DNA of 64,000 nt from Anaerohalosphaeraceae bacterium (GCA_050309605.1 JBNRMN010000034.1:96001-160000); one strand, 5' to 3'; shown: positions 20,399-30,659, numbered from the stretch's first letter. The notes: generated by a model from the sequence alone, not told the origin. Made by a program: numbers and translations.

Positions 20399-21595
20399 TT
20401 AAGTCTCCAGCGTTTTTCCGTCGAGGATGTGCCAGGGCAGGCCGTAACGGTTCAGGTCTTCCATGAAGGGGTCGGGGTCAAATTGCTCCATGTTAAAGAC
20501 GCCTTTGCCGCGCCATTTGCCTTCGAGCATCATCTTGGCGCCGATCATCGCCGGCACGCCCGTCGTGTAGGAGACTGCCTGTGCCTTGACTTCTTGATAG
20601 CATTCGGCGTGGTCGCAGACATTGTAAATCATCATTTGCTTGCGCTGTCCGTCTTTGAGGCCGTCAAAGATCACGCCGATACACGTCTTACCCTTATAAT
20701 TAACGCCCAGCGAGCCGGGATCGGGCAGCAGGGCCTTGAGGAACTTGATCGGCACGATCTTGTGTCCTTCAAACTCCACCTCGTCGATCCGCGTCATTCC
20801 CACATTCTGTAAGACGCGCAGGTGCGTCAGATACTCGTCGCCGAAAGTCATCCAGAAACGGATGCGCTTTAGCCCCTTGATGTGTTTGACCAGCGATTCC
20901 AGTTCCTCATGATACAGCACATACGACGCCCGCGGCCCGACCTGGGGATAGTCAATCTCCTTGCGAAGGCTCATCGGTTCGATCTCGACCCATTGACCGT
21001 CCTGCCAGTAGCGGCCTTTTTGAGTGATCTCGCGAATATTGATTTCCGGATTGAAATTGGTCGCAAATGGATGGCCGTGCTCGCCGGCGTTGCAATCCAC
21101 GATGTCGATGGTGTGAATCTCGTCGTAGGAATGCTTCTGTGCGTATGCGCAGAACACATTCGTCACGCCCGGATCGAACCCGCTGCCCAGCAGGGCCATA
21201 ATCCCCTCGGCTTTATAGCGGTCATGGTAGGCCCACTGCCATTTGTATTCGAATTTCGCCTCGTCCGGCGGTTCATAGTTGGCCGTGTCCAGATAATCTG
21301 TGCCCGTTTCAAGACAGGCGTCCATAATTGGCAAATCCTGATAGGGCAGGGCGACATTGATGACCAGGTCGGGGTTGTGTTTGTCAATCAGTTCAACCAA
21401 TTGTCGCACATTGTCGGCATCGACCTGCGCGGTCTGCACGGGGCGAGAACTGTTTGCGGCGATGGCGTCGCATTTAGACTTCGTTCGACTGGCCAGGATG
21501 ATTTCTGAAAAGACCTCCGGCACCTGGGCACATTTCTGCACGACCACGTTGCCGACGCCGCCGGCTCCGATTATCAAGACTTTTTTACTCATCAT
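20399..21595 (-). CDS. saccharopine dehydrogenase family protein, likely carboxynorspermidine/carboxyspermidine dehydrogenase
   Basis: GAGGVG Rossmann motif; YLDTANYE, GFDPGVTNVF, ATNFNPEINIRE, QAVSYTTGVP motifs typical of CANSDH. Confidence 0.85.
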   Translation of the reverse strand: MMSKKVLIIGAGGVGNVVVQKCAQVPEVFSEIILASRTKSKCDAIAANSSRPVQTAQVDADNVRQLVELIDKHNPDLVINVALPYQDLPIMDACLETGTDYLDTANYEPPDEAKFEYKWQWAYHDRYKAEGIMALLGSGFDPGVTNVFCAYAQKHSYDEIHTIDIVDCNAGEHGHPFATNFNPEINIREITQKGRYWQDGQWVEIEPMSLRKEIDYPQVGPRASYVLYHEELESLVKHIKGLKRIRFWMTFGDEYLTHLRVLQNVGMTRIDEVEFEGHKIVPIKFLKALLPDPGSLGVNYKGKTCIGVIFDGLKDGQRKQMMIYNVCDHAECYQEVKAQAVSYTTGVPAMIGAKMMLEGKWRGKGVFNMEQFDPDPFMEDLNRYGLPWHILDGKTLET

Positions 21596-21817
21596 AGACT
21601 CCCCAATTCAGATACAAACTCACTCTATAAGTTGACAAATAAACCATTTCGATTTATTGTACACCCAAACCGCCTCCAATAAAACCCTTTTTGGGCGGTG
21701 TCCGCTGAGATGCCCAATACCGCACCATATAAGGCTGTCGAGGCAATCGATTGTCGATTGACGCATAGCATAAATAACGACTTGCATTTTTTGGCGGTTG
21801 GTCTATAATGGGACAAC

Positions 21818-21918
21818 TGTGACAGGGGAGCGGCGGATTTTGCCCCGTTCGCTGAGAGTTCGCGATGTGCGAGTACCCTTTGAACCTGATCCGGCTAATA
21901 CCGGCGAAGGGAGGCACA
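21818..21918 (+). ncRNA. TPP riboswitch (THI box)
   Basis: AGGGG...GCTGAGA...ACCCTTTGAACCTGATCCGGCTAATACCGGCGAAGGGA directly upstream of thiS; promoter TTGCAT-N16-TATAAT at 21782-21809. Confidence 0.96.
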
Positions 21919-21946
21919 AGAACAAGATAAATAAGATTTGTTTTTT

Positions 21947-21976
21947 AGCCTTCGCCGTCGGCGGAGGCTTTTTTAT
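21947..21976 (+). terminator. riboswitch-controlled intrinsic terminator
   Basis: AGCCTTCGCC-GTC-GGCGGAGGCT plus T tract; the 5' arm CCTTCGCCG is complementary to aptamer CGGCGAAGG (antiterminator). Confidence 0.85.
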
Positions 21977-21994
21977 TGGATGGTTTGGGAAACA

Positions 21995-22210
21995 ATGACA
22001 GTACGACTGAAAATCAACGGCACCGATAAGCTGTATGAACCGGCCACGATGCCCGAGACGCTGGCGGATTTGCTGGCGACGATGAAGATTGATCAGGCGA
22101 CAGTGGTGGCCGAGATTGACGGCGCTATCGTGCCGCGGGATCAGTTCGCCGCGACCCGTTTGGCCGATGGAATGGTCCTTGAGCTGGTGCGATTCGTGCC
22201 GGGAGGATAA
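21995..22210 (+). CDS. thiS: sulfur carrier protein ThiS
   Basis: Ubiquitin-like 71 aa ending ELVRFVPGG. Confidence 0.93.
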   Translation: MTVRLKINGTDKLYEPATMPETLADLLATMKIDQATVVAEIDGAIVPRDQFAATRLADGMVLELVRFVPGG

Positions 22211-22212
22211 CT

Positions 22213-22989
22213 TTGACGGATACACTTCAATTTGCAGATCATACGTTTGATTCACGGCTGCTGGTTGGTACGGGAAAGTTTGCGTCCAATACCCTGATGG
22301 CTGAGGCCATCGCCGCATCCGGGACGCAGATCGTAACGGTTGCCCTGCGGCGGGTGGATATCGAAAACGAAAACGACAATATGCTTTCTGCGATTGACCG
22401 CACGAAGTATCTGTTGTTGCCCAATACCTCCGGCGCGCGGGATGCGGCCGAGGCGGTGCGGCTGGCGCGGCTGGCACGCGCGGCCAGCGGCATTCACTGG
22501 GTCAAGCTGGAAGTGACGCCCGACCCGTATTATCTGCTGCCCGACGGTGAAGAGACGCTCAAGGCCGCTGAAACGCTGGTCAAAGACGGCTTTGTGGTGC
22601 TGCCGTATATGAACGCCGATCCGATTCTGGCCAAGAAATTGCAGGACGTCGGCTGCGCGACGGTGATGCCGTTGGCCAGTCCTATCGGTTCCAATCAGGG
22701 GCTTAAGATGCGGTCTTCCATCGAAATCATCATTGAACAGGCGACCGTGCCGGTGGTCGTCGATGCCGGATTGGGCGCACCCTCACATGCGGCTGAGGCC
22801 ATGGAAATGGGCGCTGATGCCGTGCTGGTCAATACCGCGATTGCGACGGCCGAAAATCCCGTTGCGATGGCGACCGCCTTCAAGCTGGCCGTTCAGGCCG
22901 GGCGACTGGCCTATTGTGCCGGTCTGGCGGCATCAAGCACACAAGCCAGTGCCTCCAGTCCGCTGACGGGATTTTTGCGAAACGAATAA
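22213..22989 (+). CDS. thiG: thiazole synthase
   Basis: [38 protein letters not shown]. Confidence 0.97.
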   Translation: MTDTLQFADHTFDSRLLVGTGKFASNTLMAEAIAASGTQIVTVALRRVDIENENDNMLSAIDRTKYLLLPNTSGARDAAEAVRLARLARAASGIHWVKLEVTPDPYYLLPDGEETLKAAETLVKDGFVVLPYMNADPILAKKLQDVGCATVMPLASPIGSNQGLKMRSSIEIIIEQATVPVVVDAGLGAPSHAAEAMEMGADAVLVNTAIATAENPVAMATAFKLAVQAGRLAYCAGLAASSTQASASSPLTGFLRNE

Positions 22990-23101
22990 CAGGCCCGAAA
23001 GGCAGAAAGTAATTAGCCGGAGACATAAGGCTCCACGAAGAGATCGTAAAGAAATAAAATGAGTGATTGTCTCTGTTCGGGGTATTTTGTGTTTTAATAA
23101 A

Positions 23102-24274
23102 ATGGATCAACACTACGACATACTTTCGATTCTCGCCGACAAGCACTTGGACAAAGACCGTTGCCGGTGGATCGACGTAATTAACGGCGTGTCTGCTGCG
23201 CAAGTCGAGCAGGCACTGGCGCAGCCGCCCGGCCGTTACCGTTTTGAGCGGATGCTGACCCTCCTGTCGCCGGCAGCGCGAGCGTATCTGGAGCCGATGG
23301 CGCAACAAGCGCAGCGGCTGACGATTCAGCGGTTCGGGCGGACGATTCAGCTTTATGCGCCGCTGTATGTGTCCAACGTCTGCGTCAATAGCTGCCGCTA
23401 TTGCGGCTACAATCGCCAAACCGATGTCAAGCGCACCCGGCTGACCATTGAGCAGGCCCTGGCCGATGCGCACGTGATTGCCGGCGAAGGCTTTCGTCAT
23501 GTGCTGCTGGTCAGCGGCGAAGACCGCCAGTTCATCACCCTGGAGTATCTGACCGAGCTGGCCGATAAACTGAGGCAATATTTCTCCTCGATCTCCATTG
23601 AAATCTACCCGCTCAGCCGCGACGAATACGCCGCGTTATTTGCCGCCGGCATCGACGGTGTGGCGCTCTACCAGGAAACCTACGACCGCGCTATCTATGC
23701 CGATTATCACATCGCCGGCCCCAAACGCGACTACGACAATCGACTCACTGCGCCCGACCGTTTTGCCGCCGCGGGGATGCGGCAGCTTGGGCTGGGGGTG
23801 CTGCTGGGGCTGGCCGACTGGCGGCTTGACACGCTGGCGATGGCCGAGCACGCGGCCTATCTGATGAAACGTTACTGGAAAAGCCGGATTGATTTTTCGT
23901 TTCCACGCATTCGCCCGGCGGTCAATGTGATGCATCGATGGCCGTATGCCGTCTCGGATGAAGACCTTGTGCAAATGATGCTGGCGCTGCGATTGTGCTT
24001 TGCCGATACGGGGATTGTGCTCAGTACGCGCGAATCGGCTTCTTTTCGCGACCGGATGATGAACATCTGCGTGACGCGCGTCAGCGCCGGCTCCAAGACC
24101 AACCCCGGCGGCTATGCCAGTGAAAAAGATGCTGTCGAACAATTTACCATCGCCGACGACCGCAGCCCCGCCCAGATCGCCGTCGTCATCGCCCAACACG
24201 GCCTGGAACCCGTCTGGAAAGACTGGGACGCAGGATTCATTGACGATGAATTAGAAACCCCAAAAGACGGTTAA
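23102..24274 (+). CDS. thiH: 2-iminoacetate synthase (radical SAM tyrosine lyase)
   Basis: YAPLYVSNVCVNSCRYC, YQETY, SFPRIRP, SAGSKTNPGGY; follows thiSG. Confidence 0.92.
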   Translation: MDQHYDILSILADKHLDKDRCRWIDVINGVSAAQVEQALAQPPGRYRFERMLTLLSPAARAYLEPMAQQAQRLTIQRFGRTIQLYAPLYVSNVCVNSCRYCGYNRQTDVKRTRLTIEQALADAHVIAGEGFRHVLLVSGEDRQFITLEYLTELADKLRQYFSSISIEIYPLSRDEYAALFAAGIDGVALYQETYDRAIYADYHIAGPKRDYDNRLTAPDRFAAAGMRQLGLGVLLGLADWRLDTLAMAEHAAYLMKRYWKSRIDFSFPRIRPAVNVMHRWPYAVSDEDLVQMMLALRLCFADTGIVLSTRESASFRDRMMNICVTRVSAGSKTNPGGYASEKDAVEQFTIADDRSPAQIAVVIAQHGLEPVWKDWDAGFIDDELETPKDG

Positions 24275-24498
24275 TATGGGAATATAAGAGTTGATACTTT
24301 GAAGTGAAATAGTATGATGATAAAGAGTGCTTGATTAAGGTTGTCCCCATGCGCTGGACAGAAACACCTTTGCGTTAAGGTGGAACTGTTCACACAGGTC
24401 ACGGTTAGCCGGTTCTGGGCGAAGGATCCCGGAAGGCGACCGAGACCAGAGCCGAGGTGTCGGCGGACCGCCCGCCATCTGTCTTTATTGTATCAACA

Positions 24499-24803
24499 TC
24501 ACTGCCGTTTGCAATACCATAAACCGGTCGCCGGCATCTTGCGTTCCAGCGACCGGTGGCGGCGGCGTTCATTGTAAAACGCAAAATAGTGCCCCAGGCC
24601 CAACCTGGCCTTGGTGGGGGTCGGATAGTCCCGAATATACACTTCCTCATACTTGACTGTCCGCCAGAGACGCTCAACCATAATGTTATCAAACGCACAC
24701 CCTACGCCATCCATGCTGATGGCAATGCCGTGTTGCTTCAGCGGTCTTGTAAACGCCTTGGACGTAAACTGGCTGCATTTGGTCGGTGTTGAATATATCG
24801 GGC
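24499..24803 (-). pseudogene. IS3 transposase OrfB (integrase core) fragment with frameshift
   Basis: PDIFNTDQ / extra base / CSQFTSKAF...SMDGVGCAFDNIMVERLWRTVKYEEVY...YNERRRHRSL. Confidence 0.85.
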
Positions 24804-24859
24804 CGCCGGCCTGTCGCCAACGCCCGCTGGTGGGCTTCTACGCAATGAAATTTAGCTTG

Positions 24860-25078
24860 TTAAGCTACCAGACGCTTGAGACGGCTGTTTTCTTTTTCCA
24901 GTACCCGCAAGCGACGCACTTCCGGCACGGCCATCTGGCCGAACTGCTTCTTCCAGCGATACCACGTCTGCTCCGAAACCCCGTATGCCTTGCAGACCTG
25001 GGCAACCGTCTGTTCGGACTGCTCGGCCTGACGCAGCATCCCGACAATCTGCTCTTCCGTAAACCATTTCTTTTTCAT
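24860..25078 (-). pseudogene. IS3 (IS407-group) OrfA, truncated
   Basis: MKKKWFTEEQIVGMLRQAE...GVSEQTWYRWKKQFG...LEKENSRLKRLVA then premature stop. Confidence 0.85.
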
Positions 25079-25178
25079 GCGATTTCTCCTGTAATTCTGG
25101 ATTCATTTACAGGGAAACCCTAACATTGTCAATGGCCTAAAAATAGGGGGATGGGCCATAAGGGTTTGGACCTATTTT

Positions 25179-26156
25179 TCAAGGCGTCGTTGAATTCGGC
25201 GATGGGGGCGATTGTGCGGGTGTGTCGTGGGAACGGTAATGGCCGGATGTTACCGTAATCAGTTTTTTTGATAATAAAAATTGAATATATTTGACCACTT
25301 CGTTTCGGTGTAGTCCCAGGCCGTTTTCGATATCCTCAATGGTGCAGGGACGTCGTGTCAAAAGCGTCAAGATGTCTTCTTGCTGCGACGCGCTTTCATA
25401 GTGTTCACTTACAGCCCTGTAATCTGCGATCGCCTCAGAGTTCTCGAAAAGCCGCAACGCAATCTGCTCCAATTGAGTAACAGGGACCGGCTCGGCAAAA
25501 TGTTCCGCCGGTGGGCGCGTGACAGTGTTGATCTGCACCTTGTCCGGCTGTATCAATGCAATAGCCGATTTGAGATTCTCGATTTCCTTGTCCGTTGTGG
25601 ACAGCCCGGCCGTCAGAAAGACTTCCAGCCAATATGGGCCGTGATAATCTTTCCGAAAAGCAATCAAGCCCTTGAGCATTTTTTCAAATGGTATTGCGGC
25701 ATGCGGCCTGTTGATATAGCGAAACAAAGTATCGCTGCCGGCGTCCAGAGAAGGGATCACCAAATCGGCACGTTTGAGCGACTCCCTGACCTCCGGCATC
25801 CACAACAGCGAGCCGTTGGTTAATACGGCAATTGGAATGTTCGTGATTTGTTTGATGTGGTCAATCAGTTCACCGCATCGGGAATACAAGGCCGGTTCAC
25901 CCGATCCGGAAAGTGTAATGTAGTCCGGCCGCAACGATAATTTATTCTCCAACTGGCGCAGGAGGACATCCATCGGATGCCATTCTTTCCGTTCGATGGT
26001 CTTGTTTGTTGTGCGGCCTAATTGACAGTAGATACAATCATAACTGCATGTCTTAAAGGGGACAAGATCAATGCCCAGCGACCGCCTCAATCGGCGCGAT
26101 GGAACCGGGCCAAAAATGTATTGTTTGTTCGTAGTGTTCACTGTGTCTGATCTCAT
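25179..26156 (-). CDS. radical SAM protein (COG0731-like)
   Basis: [34 protein letters not shown]-terminal wHTH-like segment. Confidence 0.9.
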   Translation of the reverse strand: MRSDTVNTTNKQYIFGPVPSRRLRRSLGIDLVPFKTCSYDCIYCQLGRTTNKTIERKEWHPMDVLLRQLENKLSLRPDYITLSGSGEPALYSRCGELIDHIKQITNIPIAVLTNGSLLWMPEVRESLKRADLVIPSLDAGSDTLFRYINRPHAAIPFEKMLKGLIAFRKDYHGPYWLEVFLTAGLSTTDKEIENLKSAIALIQPDKVQINTVTRPPAEHFAEPVPVTQLEQIALRLFENSEAIADYRAVSEHYESASQQEDILTLLTRRPCTIEDIENGLGLHRNEVVKYIQFLLSKKLITVTSGHYRSHDTPAQSPPSPNSTTP

Positions 26157-26503
26157 TTTTTGGTGGTTTCCGTCCTGATGTCCAATTGGATATCCAGCGG
26201 ATTGTACTTGCTCATCATACCGGCCTTTCCGATCAGTTTTAAATGTATCTGGGGTTGCCCGTTTCGGTCTGTGAAGCGTTTGATACGAGTACTGTACCGA
26301 TAATGGACAACCATACTGTTCAGTTCATCCTGGAGCCGTACTAAAAGACGATCAACGTCAAGTCTGTTGTACTTTTTGAATATTCCTTTGAACGTAAATG
26401 TTCTGTCTTCAAACTCGTGAATGCAGCAAATCGCGGAGTTGATTCCTTCGCATTCGATTTCGATGACGTCTTTTCGCTTTTTGATCAAATCAATCAATCG
26501 CAT
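26153..26503 (-). CDS. hypothetical protein
   Basis: 116-aa ORF whose start and stop overlap both neighbours (operonic packing). Confidence 0.7.
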   Translation of the reverse strand: MRLIDLIKKRKDVIEIECEGINSAICCIHEFEDRTFTFKGIFKKYNRLDVDRLLVRLQDELNSMVVHYRYSTRIKRFTDRNGQPQIHLKLIGKAGMMSKYNPLDIQLDIRTETTKK

Positions 26504-27057
26504 CAGTCATCCAATAGAAACATGGCAATGGCGACAACCGTTGTCCACAGTCCTTTTTTTCCTCTTGCGGTTTGTGTGATATTCGATGTTCGAATAATCA
26601 GGCCGCTGGTTTTATAGACCTGCTCTTTTTCAGACCAAGCCTTGTCGGGATCCACTTCCAGCCCCAGCGTGGTTCCCAGCATATCGGCGGCTAAATCCTC
26701 GGCCATGTCCGCCGCCTGCTGCCGGTTCATTCCGTGGCCGTGTACCTCGCTGATATAGCCCCATTGGCCGCGATCTTTAGGGACGGCGATTCCGACGGAT
26801 GCGGCGATGAGGCGGCCGTGTTCGTGACTATCCGTCCGTGCCATCACGCAATAAGAAATCCGGCCGGGCGTCATCTGTTTTAGACCCTCGCCACGGCTGA
26901 TCATCGCGCAGTGCGGCGGCAGGATGGACGAGACTTGCACCAGGTTCTGCTGGGCGACGCCCGCCTGACGCAGGGCTTCTTCAAAAGACTTTAACTGGTA
27001 TTTGTGCCGCCCGACGCCGCGGGTCAAAAAGACTTTGTGAGGAACAAACGATTGCAT
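26503..27057 (-). CDS. pdaD: pyruvoyl-dependent arginine decarboxylase
   Basis: VPHKVFLTRGVG, SFEEALRQAG, NLVQVSSILPP (Ser-Ser autocleavage site), GYISEVH, WTTVVA. Confidence 0.9.
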   Translation of the reverse strand: MQSFVPHKVFLTRGVGRHKYQLKSFEEALRQAGVAQQNLVQVSSILPPHCAMISRGEGLKQMTPGRISYCVMARTDSHEHGRLIAASVGIAVPKDRGQWGYISEVHGHGMNRQQAADMAEDLAADMLGTTLGLEVDPDKAWSEKEQVYKTSGLIIRTSNITQTARGKKGLWTTVVAIAMFLLDD

Positions 27058-27088
27058 CAAAGTCTCCGGTAGAATGCCGTATTGGATT

Positions 27089-27931
27089 TTATAAACACAA
27101 CCGTGAACCTGCCCCGAAGAACAAACAACGGTCGTTAAAGGTGTCTTTAAGCTGCCGCATTGCCGACGAACCGGTGCAATGCAGCGGCGCAATGTATTGA
27201 ATGTCATATCGTTGAAACGCACGAATCGTTTCGTTTATGCGATTTGAATCGGCATGAACAAGGTGCATTCCGCCGATGACCGCATAGAAGGCCTGTGCGT
27301 CTGTCCATTGCCGGATTGCATCGAGGATATTGACCACGCCGGAGTGGGCACAGCCCAGAACCACCACCAGTCCCTTCTCGGATTCAAAATACAACGACTG
27401 ATCATCGGTCAGATCGTCCGGGCAGGTACACCCGGCGTCCCTGTAAAAATGCCCGCCAGTATCTTCAAACGGGGTATGGCGCGGCACCGGACCGGTCAGC
27501 ACAATACGATCACCTATTTCCGTCCGACCATTCACAAACACAACGCCGCCGGCAAGATCTTTTTCGGCCACCGCCAATTGCCCGTCGCGGGATATGCCAA
27601 TGGATCGGCATGCACCGCTTTTGAGGCTGTATTTCGGTTCCATCGCCTTTGGGTGCAGATAGACAGCAGCGTCCGGCGCCGATTGAACAGCCCTGGCCAG
27701 TCCGCCGGTGTGGTCGTAATGGCCGTGGCTCAGCGCCATGACGTCGGCGGTACGGACATCCACGCCCAGCCACTCGGCATTGTCAAACAGCCTGTCGCTT
27801 TGTCCGGTATCCCACAAAATACGCTTGTCGCCGACCTCGATCCACATCGACAGGCCGTGTTCGGTCTGCAGGGACGAGTCGGCAGCGTTGTTATCCATCA
27901 GAATCGTTATGCGTGCCGGTTTATTCATCAT
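27089..27931 (-). CDS. MBL-fold metallo-hydrolase (COG1237-like)
   Basis: EHGLS, WDTGQS, SHGHYDHTGG, GCAHSG, GGMHL, HCTG. Confidence 0.9.
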   Translation of the reverse strand: MMNKPARITILMDNNAADSSLQTEHGLSMWIEVGDKRILWDTGQSDRLFDNAEWLGVDVRTADVMALSHGHYDHTGGLARAVQSAPDAAVYLHPKAMEPKYSLKSGACRSIGISRDGQLAVAEKDLAGGVVFVNGRTEIGDRIVLTGPVPRHTPFEDTGGHFYRDAGCTCPDDLTDDQSLYFESEKGLVVVLGCAHSGVVNILDAIRQWTDAQAFYAVIGGMHLVHADSNRINETIRAFQRYDIQYIAPLHCTGSSAMRQLKDTFNDRCLFFGAGSRLCL

Positions 27932-28373
27932 TTCTCGGTCGGCGTTGTGCCAATTGAGGTTGGTCATAAAACTTGCCCTTGGCGGTCGCCTTGACCTGTC
28001 CATCCTGAACAATGTCGGCCTCCAGGAGATACAGCGGAGCGGCGTTTCGCACCAGCCGGGCATTGACGGTCGCTTGTCTATCGATATAGATCGGATGCCG
28101 AAATCGCGTGGTCATCTCGACCGTCACCGCTGCCTGTCCTCGCGCGAAAAGGCAATTGCCCATCGCGCCGTCCAGAATCGTCGCAATGATGCCGCCATGT
28201 AGGATCCCCGGATACCCCTCACAGGCCCTATCACATTCAAAACGGGCGAACACGCCGCCATTTCCAGTCTCAAACTCCAGATGCAGCCCTTTATCATTCA
28301 GCAGGCTGCACGCGACACAATACGGATGAGCCTGCTTTTGAATACGGCAATATTCATTTTCCAGCGTATGCAT
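27921..28373 (-). CDS. PaaI/hotdog-fold thioesterase
   Basis: CVAC N-terminal motif, EGYPGILHGGIIATILD, VTVEMTTRFRHP. Confidence 0.88.
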   Translation of the reverse strand: MHTLENEYCRIQKQAHPYCVACSLLNDKGLHLEFETGNGGVFARFECDRACEGYPGILHGGIIATILDGAMGNCLFARGQAAVTVEMTTRFRHPIYIDRQATVNARLVRNAAPLYLLEADIVQDGQVKATAKGKFYDQPQLAQRRPRNDE

Positions 28374-28510
28374 TATGCGTGATGACCTTTCCGGGCACCG
28401 GTGTGAACATAATTCAAGATCGCCTCCTGAATCGCCGACATGGAACGGATTGAAAATGCCTCAATCGCTTTGTCGGAAGAAAACATCATTGTACCTCGGC
28501 AGTATTCGTT

Positions 28511-29728
28511 TTAATGGTCGCAGATATTGACGCCGGCCTGAAGCGCTTGATTATGATAGGCCGTCACCAGGTTTTCGGGCGTATCGACCGGCGCACCGAC
28601 GATAACGTCAATGTCATTTTGCACGAACAACTGCTGGGCACGCTGCCCCATCCCGCCGGCCAGAATGACATTAACGCCCTGTTCATGCAGCCACCTGGGC
28701 AGCACGCCCGGCTCATGGGGCGGCGGGGCCATATCCGTGCGACCGATGATCGTACCGTTGTCGGTATCAATTACGGCAAACAGATCGCAATGACCAAAAT
28801 GCGGACACAGTTTTCCGTCAGACAGGGGAATTGCAAATCGCATCGTCGCATGTCCTTTCAAATCGGTTTTCGTGTTCGGTTTTTCAAGTTCCAGGATGGG
28901 CCGGACAACCTCGGCAAAACAGCCGGCGGTCTTACTGTCTTGATAGACTTTGACATAGGGATTGCCCGAATCGCAGGCGTCCACGATCTGCGGATCGAGC
29001 GGGATACGGCCCAGGAAGGAAACGTTCATTTCCAACGCCATATTCTCGCCGCCGCCGGATTTGAATAGATCCATGTGTTCTCCACATGTCGGGCAGGCAA
29101 ACCCGCTCATATTTTCAATTACGCCCAGGATCGGCAGGTTCAGTTGACGGCAAAATGAAATACACTTCCGCACGTCCGTGACCGCGACCTCCTGCGGCGT
29201 TGTGACAATGACCGCGCCGTCGGCGTCGCCGATCAATTGAGCCACTGACAGCGGTTCGTCGCCTGTGCCGGGCGGGGCGTCCACAATCAAAAAATCCAGA
29301 TCGGACCATTCGACGTCTTTGAGAAACTGTTTGATCATTTGATACTTCATCGGCCCGCGCCAGATCACGGGGCTGTCCGGATCGGGCAGGAGAAAACCCA
29401 CCGACATTGCCGAGAGGTTATCCATCACCGCGATCGGCTTGATGGCCTCGGCCAGGCTGACGGGTTTTTGACCTTCCAGTTTGAGAATCTTGGGCACGCT
29501 CGGCCCATGAATATCCACATCCAGAAGCCCGACCTTCCTGCCCGCCAGCGCCAGCGAAACCGCCAGATTGACCGCGACGGTGCTTTTGCCGACGCCGCCT
29601 TTACCGGACAGGACAAGAATCTTATGCTTGATACGGCTCATCCGATGACGAACCTGAAGCCGCTCCTGGTCAACCTGAACATCTTTTTGTCCTTCAGAAT
29701 ACCGCGTCATAGTGGTTTCCTTAATCAA
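28511..29728 (-). CDS. Mrp/NBP35 Fe-S cluster carrier ATPase fused to a NifX/ORP-like domain (MrpORP-like)
   Basis: SGKGGVGKST, VIWRGP, DAPPGTGD, ENMSGFACPTC; C-terminal MRFAIP...CPHFGHC...GGMGQRA...NICDH. Confidence 0.92.
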   Translation of the reverse strand: MIKETTMTRYSEGQKDVQVDQERLQVRHRMSRIKHKILVLSGKGGVGKSTVAVNLAVSLALAGRKVGLLDVDIHGPSVPKILKLEGQKPVSLAEAIKPIAVMDNLSAMSVGFLLPDPDSPVIWRGPMKYQMIKQFLKDVEWSDLDFLIVDAPPGTGDEPLSVAQLIGDADGAVIVTTPQEVAVTDVRKCISFCRQLNLPILGVIENMSGFACPTCGEHMDLFKSGGGENMALEMNVSFLGRIPLDPQIVDACDSGNPYVKVYQDSKTAGCFAEVVRPILELEKPNTKTDLKGHATMRFAIPLSDGKLCPHFGHCDLFAVIDTDNGTIIGRTDMAPPPHEPGVLPRWLHEQGVNVILAGGMGQRAQQLFVQNDIDVIVGAPVDTPENLVTAYHNQALQAGVNICDH

Positions 29729-29748
29729 TCGTAAGTATGCTTTTTTAT

Positions 29749-30639
29749 TCAGCCTGCGGCATACACGACCTGCCGCCAGAGGGTTTTAATCTTATCGGCA
29801 ATCTCACCGCCGGTATATTCGATGAGGGTTGCTTTCATAATCTGGGCTTTGGTAAACGCATCGTCATACGGCAGTTGGCCGATCATGGTCAACCCTTGTG
29901 TTTGAGCCTGTTCGGCAATCTGATTGCTCATCTGCGGGTTGATGTCCGCCTTGTTGATGCAGACCAGTGTCTTGATGCCGAAGTTTCGGGTCAACTGCCC
30001 GACACGCTCCAAATCGTGCAGCCCCGACAGCGTCGGTTCGGTGACAATCAGCACCACATCGGCGCCGGTGATTGACGCAATGACCGGACAGCCGATACCC
30101 GGCGAGCCGTCCACAATCAAAAGGCGTTTATGCTGTTCTTCAGCGATGTGTTTGGCTTCTCTGCGAATCAGTGTTACCAGCTTGCCGCTGTTTTCCTGTG
30201 CGATGCCCAGTCGGGCGTGAACCATCGGGCCGAAGCGCGTCTCGGAAACAAACCACTGCCCGTTGATCGCCGGTTCAAAGGCAATCGCGCCAACAGGGCA
30301 AAATTCCACGCACACCTTACACCCTTCACAGGCAATCGGATCGACGCGATAGGTCTTGCCGGCAACGTCATTACCCGGCCCGTCCAGCGTAATCGCGTCA
30401 AACCGGCACAGCGCCGCGCACTTGCCGCAGCCGGTGCATTTGTGCGGGTCAATGGCAGCCAGCCTGCCGCCGGAAAAATCGGATTGGCGGGCGATCTTGG
30501 GGTCTATCACCAAATGCAAATCCGCCGCGTCCACATCGCAGTCGGCCAGCACGGCGTCTTGGGCCAGCGACCCAAACGCTGCGGTAAGACTGGTCTTGCC
30601 CGTACCGCCCTTGCCGCTGATAATGACTATTTCTTTCAC
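29749..30639 (-). CDS. MinD-like P-loop ATPase with inserted 2x[4Fe-4S] ferredoxin domain
   Basis: [50 protein letters not shown]. Confidence 0.92.
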   Translation of the reverse strand: MKEIVIISGKGGTGKTSLTAAFGSLAQDAVLADCDVDAADLHLVIDPKIARQSDFSGGRLAAIDPHKCTGCGKCAALCRFDAITLDGPGNDVAGKTYRVDPIACEGCKVCVEFCPVGAIAFEPAINGQWFVSETRFGPMVHARLGIAQENSGKLVTLIRREAKHIAEEQHKRLLIVDGSPGIGCPVIASITGADVVLIVTEPTLSGLHDLERVGQLTRNFGIKTLVCINKADINPQMSNQIAEQAQTQGLTMIGQLPYDDAFTKAQIMKATLIEYTGGEIADKIKTLWRQVVYAAG

Positions 30640-30659
30640 TTAATTATCCTCATCGTCTG

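Larger units (their letters stand above)
24336..25158 (-). mobile_element. degenerate IS3-family remnant, apparently a composite of two elements
   Basis: IS407-like left end TGGCCCATCCCCC at 25158, truncated orfA, frameshifted integrase core, right-end-like TGTCC...TGGGGACAACC near 24336-24360; ends approximate. Confidence 0.8.

Noticed and set aside
20399..21595. Lysine-pathway saccharopine dehydrogenase
   Set aside because: Motifs fit the bacterial carboxynorspermidine dehydrogenase clade better
23102..24274. HydG hydrogenase maturase
   Set aside because: No C-terminal second-cluster extension, and it lies in thiSG under a TPP riboswitch
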